DNA of 64,000 nt. Source: Octopus sinensis. Taxonomy: Eukaryota. Under the pieces are notes generated by a model. It was given only the letters and a program-made list of their open reading frames with translations. It made no database searches and was not told the origin of the DNA. Positions 26,223-40,334 of the stretch are shown piece by piece (within the stretch, counting starts at the first letter, position 1; the number at the start of each line of letters is the position of its first letter). The position numbers and the translations under genes were made by a program. The stretch is from assembly GCF_006345805.1 (NCBI RefSeq), contig NC_043007.1, forward strand, positions 5,580,001 through 5,644,000. The letters are read 5' to 3'.

Positions 26223-26600
26223 GATAATATACGAAGATATATTCTCAAAACAAAAAAAAATATCAGAAATAGAAATACAACACTTAAAAGGAGAAATACA
26301 TCAGAAAAATGTAGATAGTAGCCACAGAGCAATGCCAAATAATATCATAAAAATTGGGACTGCAAAACACGAAGACAGACGTAACATTTCCAACAAAAGG
26401 AAAAGGCACCAAACCAGAACACCACAGACAAACATATGAACGGGAAGGAAGGCGAAACAAATTCAAAACCTGGAAATAGTGAAGATGAACCTAATGATTC
26501 TGAAAATCTAAAAATGAGCATGGTCAAAGAAATTGAAAGCCACAGATTCAAAATGATGGAATGGTCACGGCTGGAAATTCTTTGACTATAAATCAGAAAC
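26223..26600 (+). mobile_element. N-terminal fragment of an R4/Dong-type element
   Basis: IRRYILKTKK / ISEIEIQHLKGEI and acidic ENLKMSMVKEIE resemble the R4/Dong pre-RT region; begins right after (AAT)n. Confidence 0.55.
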
Positions 26601-27099
26601 TGGAAGCTAAGTAACAATAATAACACCCAAAACAGAAACAGCTGTTAATGTTTATTCAAGATTTCTTTAACTTGGAGTCAGAAGTGAAAGTGTTAAGGCA
26701 ACATAACTGATGCCATTTCTTTTTTTATGAACAGAATGAATAAAAAGAAGACATTGCAAGTGATATGAGTCAAACGCCATCAGCCAATCAATGCTGTCGT
26801 TGGGGGTATTAAGTCGAAAGATGGCTCTTATTCTTAAGTAGCAAAAACAGAAAAAAAAATATCGCTAAATATTCAGGTAAAAAGAGAATAAAAACATAAT
26901 TAAAGCCAAATAAAATCTCAGCATTAATGCTACAAGAATTTAATGATATCTCTCTCGAATATTTCCCAAGGTCTTTTTTCAGACATGAGAAATATTTTGG
27001 GAAACAGCTTAACCATTTTACCGTAGCTTTGCGATTCAACTTCAATACTTGAAATTCTATTTTTTTTTATATTTTTCTTTTTACTTATAGCTTCCATTT

Positions 27100-27451
27100 T
27101 TAATCTCTCTCTTTCTCTATCTCTCTTTCTTTCTGTCTTTCCTTCTTTCTTTGTTTCCCTCTTTGTTTGTTTGTTTCTTTATTTCTTTTCTTCTCTCTCT
27201 CTTTCTTTCTTTCTTTCTTTCCTTCTTTGGTTTGTTTGTTTGTTTCTTTCCCTCTCTCTTTCTTTCTTTCTTTCTTTCTTTCTTTCCTTCTTTATTTGTT
27301 TATTTCTTTGTTTGTTTCTTTCCGTCTTTATTTGTTTGTTTACTTCTGTCTTTCCTTCTCTCTTTCTTTCTTTCCTTCTTTCTTTCCTTTCTTCCTTCTT
27401 TCTTTCTTTTCTTCTTTATTTGTTTGTTTCTTTCTTTCTTTCCTTCCTTTC

Positions 27452-27490
<39 letters not shown>
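27100..27490. repeat. (TTTC)n/(TTTG)n/(TC)n pyrimidine-rich tract
   Basis: Direct reading. Confidence 0.95.
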
Positions 27491-27494
<4 letters not shown>

Positions 27495-27623
27495 ACCATT
27501 CCTCATACATGTTTCTACTTTCACTGATTTTCAACCAGTGAATTTTATTTGGGTTCTATTAGCATACAATGCTATACTATACTACATGCACTCACACATA
27601 TATATACATAGATCCATAGACTA

Positions 27624-27724
<101 letters not shown>

Positions 27725-28481
27725 AACACACGCACTTATACGTACACAAGGTATAGCAAAAATAAAGACACAAAAAAACACCTCTCAGATGTACCATTCA
27801 TGATAAACGCTTCAACGCCAAACGCGAAGTGTGTAGCAGTCCGAACCAATGATAAACAATGGTAAAACATTCGTTACATGAAAACACCATTACACGTGCC
27901 TAACTTCATTAGCGGCAGAAAAGCCTATGGGAGGTGTATATGCTGAAACCTGTATCTATGTATTTTATATGTGTATGTGTGTGTGTATGGATGCATGTAT
28001 GTATGTCTTTGTCTATATGTACGTATGTATGGATGTAGATATGTATGTTTGTACGCACGTGTATATATTTAATTATGTAAGTACCTCTGTATTGTCCTGT
28101 TATTATTATTATTATTATTATTGTTTTTTGCATTTATATTCGTATTATTTTTTGTTTGTTTTTTTGTATTTATATTCGTGTAACATCGTCCGTTTTTCTG
28201 TCCTTGTTTCGTACACATTCGATCCCTTTTTCGAGGAATCTAATACGTTTAGCTTAGTTTTTCCTTGAGGCTGGCCAGATTGGAGCTATCTCAAGATTAA
28301 TCAGCCGAAATCGCGAGGATGATCCGGTTCTTGACTGAAGATTAAAGGCTTCGAATGACCAGTTCGTAGTTTTTGTATCGTCTATTTGGATGTTTTGCGT
28401 TCTTGACCCATTTTGTATTTTTTATATATCTGTATGTATGTATGTATGGAATAAATGAAGTGTGTATGCGTGTGAGCACAG

Positions 28482-28790
28482 TATGGCTAAATCGTTAAGG
28501 TTGTTTTGCGATAAAACGGTTACGATTTCGATCTCACTGCATGGTTTCCTGGCGAAGTAACTTTTTCTAATGTTTCGGGTCAACTTAAACCTTAAGAATA
28601 AAACCTGGGGAGACGGAAGTGTATGAAAGCTAGTCGGATTAATTGAACAAGCAAAAGGTCAAACTTTGTCAGACTGTGCTACACAAACTCCGCATGGGAA
28701 CTACATTAGGTTTACATGTGTCTGTGGAATACTCATCCACTTACACGCTAATTCAATGAGCCTAGAAGTCCTCCTTGTTGATCGAATAAC
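28482..28790 (+). mobile_element. SINE family B copy (degraded)
   Basis: tatggctaaatcgttaagg...gatttcgatctcactgc...gacggaagtgtatgaaagc...tgtgtctgtggaatactcatccacttacac. Confidence 0.6.
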
Positions 28791-28818
28791 ATACTATTAG
28801 CTGAAACTCCGGAATGAG

Positions 28819-28906
<88 letters not shown>

Positions 28907-30551
28907 GTCTGTCTGTCTACATTTTTGATTGTATATCTGTATGTATGTATGGATATGTGTATAATCGCCTCAATCTCTCTTTTCCTTCCTCCTCTCTCTC
29001 CCTTTATATACATTCATACATACATACATACATACATTGCAATAGTTTAAAAAAAAATCCGGTAGTATAAATATCTCAATACAAAGCTGTAAAGCAGGTC
29101 ATAAATTTGAGATTCAGCTGAAATCACTGATCGCCAGTATTGTCTCACGTTTTACCGATTTCCCAGCCATCAATTTAGTAAATGTGACAAATTTGTAAAT
29201 ATCGTCTATGATATAAATTATAAAAGCCGTTGAATAAGCACGTTAGCAATAAAAAAAGTCTTCTATGTGATCAGAAGGTTTTACTAAGTGTACTTTCATA
29301 TCAAGTTTTTCTAGACAGTCTAATAAAATAGTAAAGTTTTTATTAAAAATCACTTAGAGTACGGTGATATTGTAGCTTTCTGCGAAAAGTGTTTTTGCGT
29401 ACACAGTTAAGTTAAATATATGAATATCTGGGGGGAAATACCCACAGACGCCTCTTATATGAAACGCAAATAGTAAAGTGGATACTAATATACTTTTTGT
29501 AGTCTAACAAGAATTATTATTAATTAAAATTACATCGTCAGAATGGAGAAGAATATTATTTGAGAAGCATATTCTGGAGCTATTGCAAAATATATACAAA
29601 CTGTGAGACAGGCTGTTACAGCAATGCTATTGACAAATAAAGCACCACTAACAAGAAGAATAAGATAAGATGTTGACTTGTAAAAACTGGTGATTATTTT
29701 CTCTCTCTTGGGCTCATAAAACCTTCGATGATGTGTATCTTTTACTCGAAATACAAAGACCAGGTCTGCATGTAAACACAAAGAGCGATTTATTCGAAAT
29801 ACAATGACCAAGTGTAAACAGAAAGGGAGACTTTATTTTCTTTCTATCAATGCATCTTTTGCTCTATTTAAATATTCGACTTTAAGGTAAGAATTCTACA
29901 TTTTTCTTCCTGTTGATGTGTAAATATTCAGTCAACATTCCTATACTTGTTTTAATGATTAATCCCGGTTATCTTTATAGTTTTTCCTGCTGTTTTATTT
30001 TAAAACGAAAATTTATCCAGAAGAAGATACACGACTCGTTTAGTAGACTCGAGCACATCTACGCAGATTTCACGCTTGGTGATGATGCTACAAGTGTTTG
30101 CATCGATTTACAACTTAGTAACAACAACGATCGTTTGCTTGTAAAAATCATTTCTATTGCGAACGGAAAAAAAAATCTTATTTCTCATCTAGATCGATAA
30201 TTGTAAGACAGCTATTATATTTTACCAACAAAACCTTAAAAATATAATATTTATAGCATAACATTTGTTTTACACAACAATTGATTGAACTTTAACAGAT
30301 CGCCTGAAAATTTGCAGGCAAATATCGTCACAATTATCATTGCCATCGAAACCGAAAACCGATTTTTCTTTCTCTGTGAAGAGGTAGAAATTTCAAAACG
30401 TTTCATTTCATTACACTTCCAAAGATATAAACTTCACCTGACTAATAAATTTCCATTATTAAGCATGTGGAGCGATAAAGATTTCAAACTTAAGCAAAAA
30501 GGGTTTCGTGAAGCGAGCCTAGTCTGGTTTATACATGGCATGAATGTTTGA

Positions 30552-30720
30552 CGTGTGGTTAAGATGATCCGTTTGAGTTTATGCAGAGCCGGGTTCAATC
30601 CCATTGCAAGGCTGCAAGGCATCTCAGGCAAGAGTTTGATTAACGTAGCTACGGTTCGATGAATATACTATCTGTGGAATTTAGTAAACGGAAACTACAT
30701 GGAAGCTCTTTGTGTATATA
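30552..30720 (+). mobile_element. SINE family B copy
   Basis: gtgtggttaagatg...gggttcaatcccattgc...gtggaatttagtaaacggaaactacatggaagc. Confidence 0.65.
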
Positions 30721-30734
30721 AATATGCACATATA

Positions 30735-31194
30735 TATATATATACCGGAGTAAACACATAAGTGTGAAACAAGGTGGAAAAAAGAGTACTCAAATACCAG
30801 AGGTAGAGTAATATGCTTTATTTAAAAGCACCAGAAATTTAACAAAAGCTGTTACTCGGAGTTTCACCTTCCCGTTCATCGGTCAGTTTTGTTAAAATGG
30901 AACCGAGAAGACAATTTGATCAAAATTGATCAAATTGTCATCTCGGTTCTAATAGCTCTTTTGTCTTAATAACGGTCACACACAGTAATTTCCTTTTGTT
31001 TAACGGTCATTTTCATAGCATTTTTTGATGGCCCGATAACTGAAGAGATGCCGGGTCGGGTTTCCGCCACGACATCCAAAACTCGGAGTTTTATCATGGC
31101 TAACGAATAATTGTCACATATATTTACTGATAAGTTCCTCTGTTTACATATATCGAGGTCTGTTTTATTCTTTTTTTTGTATTACCATTGCTAT

Positions 31195-31195
<1 letters not shown>
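30735..31195 (-). mobile_element. Penelope-LTR-like repeat family 2
   Basis: Minus strand: hammerhead-like core (30849-30886) followed ~20 nt later by AATAAA, the usual Penelope LTR layout; inserted in (TA)n. Confidence 0.55.
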
Positions 31196-31244
<49 letters not shown>

Positions 31245-31565
31245 TCACACATAAATCAAAACTCTGAAAAATTACAAGTTATTTCTTATTTCATTTGTTG
31301 TTGTGGTTAGTGTTTGTGTTGCCGTCAGTTTGTTGAAATACAAGAGAAGGGCGGGGAGTGGGCAAATTCTGTCTTTTGCCCATTTCGTTGTACGAATAAT
31401 GTTAACGAAAAGAAATGGACACAGCAATAATAAAATGTCGCTTAATAATTGTCAAATGATTTATAATCTAAATAAACAGTGCTGCTGATGTTAGTTTTGT
31501 ATGTATGTATGTATGTATGTAGTATGTATGTATGTATGTATGTATGTATGCATGTATATATATAT

Positions 31566-31876
31566 CACCGTGATCACCGTGACCGACCAGACTATCAGAT
31601 GTTGTTACATATCGCTGGTCACAATGCGCTTCGCATTGTTTTAGCCTTCAAATGACGCCACCCCGCTGGCTAATCGAGCAGGCCAACAGAAGAAGGAGAA
31701 GAGAGAAAGTTGTGGTGAAAGAGTACAGCAGGGATCGCCACCACCCCCTGCCGGAGCCTCGTGGAGTTTTTAGGTGTTTTCGTTCAATAAACACACACAA
31801 CACCCAGTCTGGGAATCGGAACCGCGATCCTACGACCTCGAGTCCACTGCCCTAACCACTGGGCCATTGCGCCTCC
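31566..31876 (-). mobile_element. tRNA-derived SINE (family D), full length
   Basis: Minus-strand head ggaggcgcaatggcccagtggttagggcagtggactcgaggtcgtaggatcgcggttccgattcc. Confidence 0.88.
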
Positions 31877-31879
31877 ACG

Positions 31880-31915
<36 letters not shown>

Positions 31916-32179
31916 AGATTGATTAGAAATTCTCTCACCATATAGAGGTTTGTACTTAGAAGTGCTCAAGTGTAACTTGGGATGAAAGATATAAATAATT
32001 GTCATCATGGAAAATTCGTTACCCCTGAGAAAGAGGAATCGCCAAATAATGGGTTTTATATCCCATTATTTTTTCCTGCAATGAACACCCAGAAACGGCC
32101 GTTGGTACCCAACTTTAACTAATGTTAACTATTACGAATTTTAACTCCTAATCGTATCTCTTAGTTAGTTTCCATCACC

Positions 32180-32245
32180 ACTTCAGACTTTATATATATA
32201 TATATATATATTTGCTTTTTAAATTCATAAATAAATATATATTAA

Positions 32246-32291
<46 letters not shown>

Positions 32292-33291
32292 ATATATATA
32301 TATATATATGTGTGTGTATTAATATATTTATTTATTTATAGATTTAAAAAACAAGTACCTGTTTGTTTATATATTCTTAATGTATCATGTAAAATTGCCC
32401 TTTAAATCTATCTTTAATCGGTGTCATGTTTGCGGACTGCATTACCAGGTATTTTGTTTCTTCACATTATATATCTATATGTGTGTATGTGTGCGTGTAT
32501 TTATGTATGTATGTATGTATGTATGTATGTATGTATGTATGTATGTATGTATGTATATATATATATATATATAAAATTTAAATAATGAGGGAGATAAATT
32601 AATATTAATTTTAATATCAATTTAAAACCAGTAGTCTAGCATACAAAAAATCTGAGAAGTCAGAGAAAGTTCTAATATATGTGTATATTGACAGGGCAAG
32701 GCTGCTAGGAGTCTTGTCCTAGCAGTCTGCCCTGTGAATATACATACATATATATATATATATTATATATATATATATAGATGTGTGCGCATGCCTATAG
32801 GTACATATGGTATATATATATATATATAATATATATATATATATTTATAAATGCATGCATGTATGTATGTATATATACATGTGTATGTGTGCATTTGTAT
32901 ATCTGTGTGTGTTTGTTTGCTTATACTCACGCACACAAACACAGACACACGCACATACACATATACATATGTATATATGCGTGTATCAAAACGAAAATGT
33001 AATAATATAAAATAAATATATATTAAATATAATTCTTACAACAAGCAGGAATAATTAAGATGTATCTAACTTATATTTTGTGTCATTATTATTGTTTTTC
33101 TTATAGTCGAGGAAGAAAAACATTTAGAAAATAAGAAAAAGAAGAGTGTAAGAGATGAAAAGAAACAATTGTTGAAATCCAATGAAGCATGTCGTTTGTA
33201 ATTTCGTCTGATATCGATTTAGTGTAAAGATGAAGGAGTTGAAATGAACTAATCAAACCGAGTGGAAAAAGTTATGTATGGATCGGGGCTA

Positions 33292-33362
<71 letters not shown>

Positions 33363-33374
33363 GTATGTATATAT

Positions 33375-33447
<73 letters not shown>

Positions 33448-33712
33448 ATGTGTGTGTATACAGATATAAATATATATATATATATCTACACACAGACACA
33501 GAGACACACATATACACAAATATTTTTATATATTCACACGCACACTCACACATTTATACATATACATTCAGTATACGTTATTTACCACACAGTTTTCATT
33601 AATTTATATATATATATATGTATATATATATGTGTGTGTGTGTATGTATATATGTATATATATATTTATATGTATGTATGTATGTGTATATATATATATT
33701 TATATTTATGTA

Positions 33713-33754
<42 letters not shown>

Positions 33755-33840
33755 CATACATATAAATATATATATACATATATATACACACACACACACA
33801 TATATATATATCTATATATATATATATATACATATATATA
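32180..33840. repeat. Cluster of (TA)n/(TATG)n/(TCTA)n/(TG)n microsatellites
   Basis: Direct reading, with short unique spacers between tracts. Confidence 0.9.
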
Positions 33841-33859
33841 AAATCACACGTCATATAAT

Positions 33860-34105
33860 TGACCAGACTATCAGATGTTGTTTTACATCGCTGCTCACGA
33901 TGTGCTTATAGCATCGTTTTAGCTTTCGAATGAATCCACCCTGCTGGCTAGGCGAGCAGGCGAATCCGTCGGAGTCGGACCCATTTACAGCTGAGCAAAG
34001 GGAAATGAGGTGTTTTACTCAAGAACACAACGCACCTCTTGGGCCGGGAAACGAACCCACGGTCTAGTGATCGTGAGTGCAGTAATGAAACCACTAGACC
34101 ACGCT
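33860..34105 (-). mobile_element. SINE family D copy (degraded)
   Basis: gaccagactatcagatgttg...acatcgctg.tcac.atg shared with the 31566 copy; tRNA-like head at ~34040-34105. Confidence 0.75.
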
Positions 34106-34549
34106 ACCACCACCTCAATGTTGTATTTCTCTACAATCCTTCCTCTCGCTACATTGAAGGCATTCTTACTTCCTGTGTGTTTATTTCTTTCTCCCTGGCT
34201 CTTTCTATTGCGATCTATTTCTGTTTGTTTCTTTTTTGTCAACTTCCTCTGTCTGTCTGTCAGTCCGCCTGTCTCTTTCTCTCTCCCCTCCCACTCTCTC
34301 TCTCTTTGTCACATATTTTCGCCTCTCTACCGCAAAATCTTTTCCCTCCCCCACCTCTATAAATCACTAGCAAAGTGACAATATTAGCAGAGGGCTTGAT
34401 TACTGTAGAACTTCCGCTAATTATGATGGTACACGTGTTAGCTATTGATTAGACATGACACCTGAGTTTAATTAATTCAAGCAGGAGGATAAATTTTGTG
34501 GATGCAAGTTAAAATTACGGTCACAACCAAACTTAGTCTCCTTCAAAAG

Positions 34550-35830
34550 AAATTGGCTTCTATCGATGTTTTCATCAATAATGCCATGGATTAAGCGGAC
34601 TTGTTACAAGCGCACATTTTAATTTGGTTTGGAGTAGCGATTCACTTAAAACAAATTGATTCTATCATATCTGCATTGCTTCTTGGGCCTTGCACGAAGA
34701 AAGAGCTCTTCAATGTTGTTAGAACCCATCTCTTCAGAGATTGCAGTTATGTTGTTTTACGGGAGCCCTATTGTACTCTCTGTTTTCAAGCCTCTTAGAT
34801 TTGGGTATAAATGATGCATCTTTTAACAATATTGCCAAAAGTTCAGGAACCGGGCAGATTCCAAATGTTTTTTTTCTGGGTCGAATGCACAAAGGTTCAC
34901 ATGGGTACTTTGGAGGTCTGGGCATGACATTGCAGGACCTGCAGTGAAAATTGACCTCAAACGTGAGTAGTGGTGCTGGTGGTGTTATCAGACTCTGCCA
35001 ACGATTACAAAAAAGGAAAAAGCAAAAGTCGGCGAAATTCATACTTGCCTTAAATCGTTAATGTTTAAGACCAAACTTCCATAATTCAAACTGTCTACAA
35101 CTAGTGCAAACTAGAGGGTCTATGTTTTAGATCAGCTGTGAGGTCATTTTTCCAAAATCTTCTTACGATCTGGAGAGGGAAGAATTCTTTCTGGTAGGAA
35201 TGTGCCATGGCCTTAACTCTTATAAGCGCACAGATTAAGACGATTCGATACGAAAAGTGTTCCTCAACCGTCAACATCATAAACTAACTCACTTCACAAG
35301 TGATTATGTGAATGATGTGCTTAGTCTACCGCATAAACTGACATGTGTTGTAGGCGCTGAAATAACCAAAGTGAGAAATCAATAGGCGCCGCTGTGTAGC
35401 AAGAAGAAATAGTTAGACGATCCCCAATAATGTTGTTCTGTAATTTAGATCAGCTGTATCTCTGCAACGAACACAAGAGAAATGGTTTACACGTTTATGT
35501 CGGATGTCATTAAAACTAATAATCTAACTGGTTGCCCAAAACGACAAGATGAAATTATGGTCAGAATTTTATTCACATCAGCAGATGTGGCTTTTGATTT
35601 CGAAGACTTCGGTTTCAAGAGCGTCTAAGCTTTGCCATGTCAATCGATAAATCCCAAGAGTAAACACTGACAGTTGCTGGACTGCATCTTAGGGAAATCT
35701 ACTTTGCAAAAGACCAGGTATATTTAAGATTCTTAAGAGCGAGAAGCAACCATAATCTCTTTATATATACACCAGTTGGTAAACCAGATGAAAAAAAAAA
35801 CAACATCGTATATTATGAAGAGCTGTCAGA
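34550..35830 (+). mobile_element. Helitron RepHel PIF1-type helicase domain, decayed
   Basis: Ordered relics SSEIAVMLFYG..LSVFKPL, MTLQDLQ, QTLPTI..EIHTCLKS, SLPHKL..VGA, PIMLFCNLD..LCN, RLSFAMSIDKSQE*TLTVAGL, NIVY.EEL. Confidence 0.85.
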
Positions 35831-36494
35831 ACAATGTTCGTAATTGCCAAGACTATGATGGGGGCAGATTTAATACCATATAAATCGGAGCACTCATAGC
35901 AACTCTTAATATAATTTCTTTACCAATGCAAGTTTTGCAGTTCTACTATACAGACACGTAGGTTTCCTCTGAACACTCCAGTTTCCGTACATTATAAGAA
36001 AAATATGTGTTAATGAGTGGCTTACTTCGCAACACACTGGCTTCTACATATTTTTCAAATAATTTCAAGATTAAAGCATGATATACAACGTTCAATAAAT
36101 GAAATGAAATAACACTATTTTCACTCTAACTTAACCCTATGATCTTCTTTTATAAGATTGAATTAAATATACGTCATATATACAATTAAATTACAAAATA
36201 TATTAATAATATTGAACATCTATCTGTAGCACAGTACATTAGACACCAGACGTAATAGATAACAATTTTATGTCTGACATGAAAGATAACTTTTCACAAT
36301 AAATCCAAACGAGTTCTATTAAACAGATTATATCATCATTTAGAACAATTCCTCATTAAGATCAATTTATTCGGTTATATTACAGTTTAGATTATTCGGG
36401 TAGTCTACTAATATCTCTGCATATTATTTTATTATGAGTGTGCGTGCGTGTGTCTGTGCATGTGTGGTCGCACATCTGCGCGTGTGTGTCGTGT

Positions 36495-36660
36495 GGTAAG
36501 CGTGTTACAGTCACGTTCACAAGATTGTGGTTTCCATTCTCAGACAAGTGGTGTGTAGTGCTTTTGAGCAAAACACTTCATTCCATGCTGCACCAGTCGG
36601 CTCAGCCGCCAATAGGTAACATTGTCATAGACTGGCGTTCTGGTCACATGGAATACTGAC
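36495..36660 (+). mobile_element. SINE fragment (tRNA head plus gtgcttttgagcaaaacactt core)
   Basis: gtgtggtaagcgtg...gtggtttccattct...gtgtagtgcttttgagcaaaacacttcattcc. Confidence 0.6.
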
Positions 36661-36794
36661 CTTCGCAACTGGCCGACAGGGTGGCCTCATTCGGAAGCTG
36701 TAACAATGCTTTGAAGCACATTGCGACCAGCCGTGTATAAAAGCCATCTGATAGTATAGAAAATACAGTGACACATATATATAAGTATATGCAT

Positions 36795-37159
36795 ATATAT
36801 ATAAACGGCAAAATGTTTGTCTGTGTGTGTGTCCTTTATACAAATCCCACAATTTTTCAGTTAGAGGGCTCGCACTTTCTATGGTCATTCGAAACCGTCC
36901 AAGGGTGGTCGTACACATCTTTACATTTCCCCAGTCATCCGGCAAAGCCATTGAAAAAATCCATAGAAGTGACGTTTTTGTGAATTTTCTATCCAAAGCC
37001 CAAACAAAATGCCCGAAACTTGATACGCCAATTGAATGCCAGCTTGCTGTATGTGATTGGTCGGAGATTTGGACAGTACTCGCGTGTATGTGCGCAAGCA
37101 CGCAGCTGTATATGCATGCACTAGCACTATGACCCGGCGTTGCCGTATCATAGTGCTAG
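36795..37159 (+). mobile_element. Non-autonomous Helitron (family H1)
   Basis: 5' tatataaacggc; 3' stem ctagcactatga/tcatagtgctag ending in CTAG before T; sits in (TA)n. Confidence 0.75.
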
Positions 37160-37182
37160 TATATATATATATATATATAAAA

Positions 37183-37516
37183 GGGTAAAGACCCCCTTCG
37201 GTCATGAATGACCATGGGATTGCACCTAGAAAGTTACCCTCCTAGACACAAGTCCGGGCAAGGTTGTTTATGGAAGGCCAGCAGTCGCCCATGCATACCG
37301 GCCTCCACTCTCCACGCCACCAGTGTTATCCAAGGGAAAGACAGAGGTCGATACAGCTTGGCACCTGTTACGTCGCAACTCATTTCTACAGCTGAGTGAA
37401 CTGGAGCAACGTGAAATAAAGTGCCTTGCTCAAGAACACAACACGCAGCCCGGTCCGGGATTCGAGCTCACAACCTCACGATCGTAAGTTCGACGCTCTA
37501 ACCACTGAGCCATGCG
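37183..37516 (-). mobile_element. tRNA-derived SINE (family C), full length
   Basis: Minus-strand cgcatggctcagtggttagagcgtcg...gctcgaatcccggacc...gtgttcttgagcaaggcacttt. Confidence 0.9.
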
Positions 37517-37535
37517 ATGTGTGTGTGTGCGTGTG

Positions 37536-37567
<32 letters not shown>

Positions 37568-37909
37568 CATTATGTATGGGTGTATGTATGTATGCGTATG
37601 CGCAGATTTATGTTTTGCTTCACGTATGTATTCTCATGCACACAGTTGCATATCCAGACATGCTCATATATACTTAAATGCTAAACTTCTGGAAAGTTTT
37701 ACAGAATTTTTCAGTTCCAGTGATGAAGTGGATTTGTAGTTTTCTCCTTTCTGGTTGTATGTATGTATGTATGTAAATGTGTAAGTATATATGTATGTCA
37801 TTATTCAGTATCTTTCAAGATTTCTTGCCAATACAGAAAGAACCAGTTTCTAACCTAGATTCAAGGTTCCTTCACTGGAATTTCAACATGAACAACAGGG
37901 TTTTTTTGA

Positions 37910-38026
37910 CTGTATGTATGTATGTATGTATGTATGTATGTATGTATGTATGTATGTATGTATGTATGTATGTATGTATGTATGTATGTATGTATGTATG
38001 TATGTATGTATGTATGCATGTATGTA
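37910..38026. repeat. (TATG)n microsatellite
   Basis: Direct reading. Confidence 0.97.
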
Positions 38027-38029
38027 TCC

Positions 38030-39470
38030 GACTGTGAAAGCTGTTTCCCGGAGTATGGTCGCTCTAACATGCATACAGTTACGAGGATCCACACACGAGA
38101 GCTGGGTGTAACGTGAGGACCAAAGCGGACGAACTACTCCATAGAGCAACACATGTTCTCTCATCAGAGGTACTATTCTATCCAGATACCCATGCCAAAG
38201 AGTCAGTGTAGCTTCAGAGAGAGCTGCGGAAAAGTCGACATGATCTCCTCCGCACATCTTCAGGAGAAGTTCCAGATCAGAACAGGGACTTATATACGAC
38301 GTTTGTAGACCTAAGGCCTTTGACATCGTCAGTCAAGTGGGGCTTTGGGAGATCATAGGAAAGTTCGGCCGCCCGGATAAAATTTTCAGCGTAGTACAAC
38401 AGTTCTACGGCGGTATGCTCGCACGTGCACTGGACAGTGGATAATCTTCCGACGCATTCCCAGTCACAAAGTCAAGCAGGGTTATGCATTTGCCCCTAAC
38501 CGTTTAGTATGCTGTTCTTAGTTGTCGAAGGCCTTCTACAATGGGTACAAGACTAGCATTAAAATCAGATTCAAGACTACAGAGGTTACAGAACAAGACC
38601 AAGGCAGAAGAGGACTCAGTGCGCAACTTCCTGTTTGCAGACGACTGCGCACTCAATGCTTCCACAGGGGCCCAGATGAAGCAAAGCATGGGCTACTTTG
38701 CCATTGCTTACAACAATTTTGGCTTCACAATCAATACTCAGAAGATAGATTCCTGCCCCGCAAAAGACGTATGTGGAACCAGATATCACTTCTGAAGGGG
38801 AGACCCTGAAGGTTGTTGATAAGTTCACGTGCCTCGGCAGCACACTTTCCAGATCTGTCAACGCTGACGATGAAGTTGACACACGCATGAGCAAGGGAAA
38901 CTCAGCATTAGTGTGGAGAGGAAATTTAGGCAGTTAATGAATCCCGCACCTTAAAGTTAAACAGCTTCCACTTAAACATTCTGAGAAAGATATTGAAAAT
39001 CACATGGAAAAATAAGGTTCAAGACACGACGGTTCTCTCTCGAGCTGATCACCCAAGCATTTACACTCTGCTGAAGAGAGAGCGTGTCATGTGGGCAGGC
39101 CACCTTGTTCGAGTGCCTGACACACGACCCACTAAGATGATGTTTTACAGCGAACTGGCGAAGGGCAAGCACACGCAAGGTGGACAGAAAAAGCGCCTCA
39201 AGAATACGCCCAAATTCTCACTGAAGAAATTTCAGATCAACGCCGAAATCTTGCAAACGCAAGACAGCCTCAACTGGGGAATTTATACAGGACTGAAAAC
39301 GTGAACTGCGCAGGTACAGAGCCAGCTCTTTGCGTTCAATCCCAGTAGACGTCCAGTGCCCAACCTGCAGCAAAGTCTTCCCAGCTGATCGCTCACGGTC
39401 AGGCACATTATGCCTCGTCTTCTTCTCCCATTTCATGTCCTTGGCCATCATCGACAATAACCGACGAACC
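38030..39470 (+). mobile_element. RTE-clade LINE, 3' half, frameshifted
   Basis: PKSQCSFR..VDMI..HLQEK..QNRDLYTTFVDL.AFD, NFLFADDCALNAS, MWAGHLVRVPDTRPTKMMFYSELAKGKHTQGGQKKRLK, C-terminal CPTCSKVF. Confidence 0.92.
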
Positions 39471-39474
39471 CATA

Positions 39475-39496
39475 ACCTATCTGTTTGTCTGTCTGC

Positions 39497-39527
<31 letters not shown>

Positions 39528-39557
39528 TCTGTCTGTCTGCCTCTTTGCCTGTCTCTG

Positions 39558-39614
<57 letters not shown>

Positions 39615-39790
39615 TTGTCTCTCTATCTTTCTATCTATCTTTCTATCTATCTATCCCTCTGTCTATCGACCTATCTATATATACATGGATAGATAGATTG
39701 TTACATATACATACATAGATATACATACATACACATACACACATATGCACACACATACACACACATACACACATATGCACACACACACAC
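39475..39790. repeat. (TCTG)/(TCTA)n then (CA)-rich microsatellite
   Basis: Direct reading; follows the RTE 3' end. Confidence 0.95.
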
Positions 39791-40084
39791 ACGCACACAT
39801 ATGCAATAATCCTCAACAAATACATATAATCCCTTCCAAAATCTCCTGGCTGGCTGGCAGCGCATGCGCAGAACTGAAACATGTGCTTTGCACAACAGTA
39901 AACGTTGATGTTTTAGAGAAATCATTCCCTCAGCGTTTTTGTATAACTTCAACCCTATTATTTACTGCTTAAAAATGACTTAAAAATCTCTCGTTGTATG
40001 TCGTGGGGAATGGATTTGACAGAAACCCCAAAATTATTGATTTACCTAAGCTCACTTCAGAAATCAAATCAAAAACTTAAAGAA

Positions 40085-40215
40085 AGCGATGTAGCTGTGT
40101 GGTAAGAAACTAGCTTCCCAACCGCATGGATCCGGGTTCAGCCCCAAAGGTTTTCTTCTTACCTGGAACCTTGCAAATGGATTTAGTAGGCAAAAACTGA
40201 AAGAAACCCACCGCA
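40085..40215 (+). mobile_element. SINE family B copy
   Basis: gtagctgtgtggtaagaaactagcttcccaaccgcatggatccgggttcagcccc...gcaaaaactgaaagaaaccc. Confidence 0.7.
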
Positions 40216-40334
40216 TGTAATATATATGTACACACACACACACTCCACACACACACATATACGTAAATAGTAAAGGTTTACCCCCAAGCATTTACCGGTT
40301 CGCTCTCAGTTAGGTATTCAAAATAGGTTATTCT

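Noticed and set aside
28140-28430. Repeat-like segment with CTGAAGA and GAAA words
   Set aside because: Could not fold into a hammerhead, and there is no second copy in the window to confirm its boundaries
29530-29811. Minus-strand ORF with a hydrophobic, transmembrane-like stretch
   Set aside because: T-rich DNA readily gives hydrophobic codons; no good splice pair or family motif
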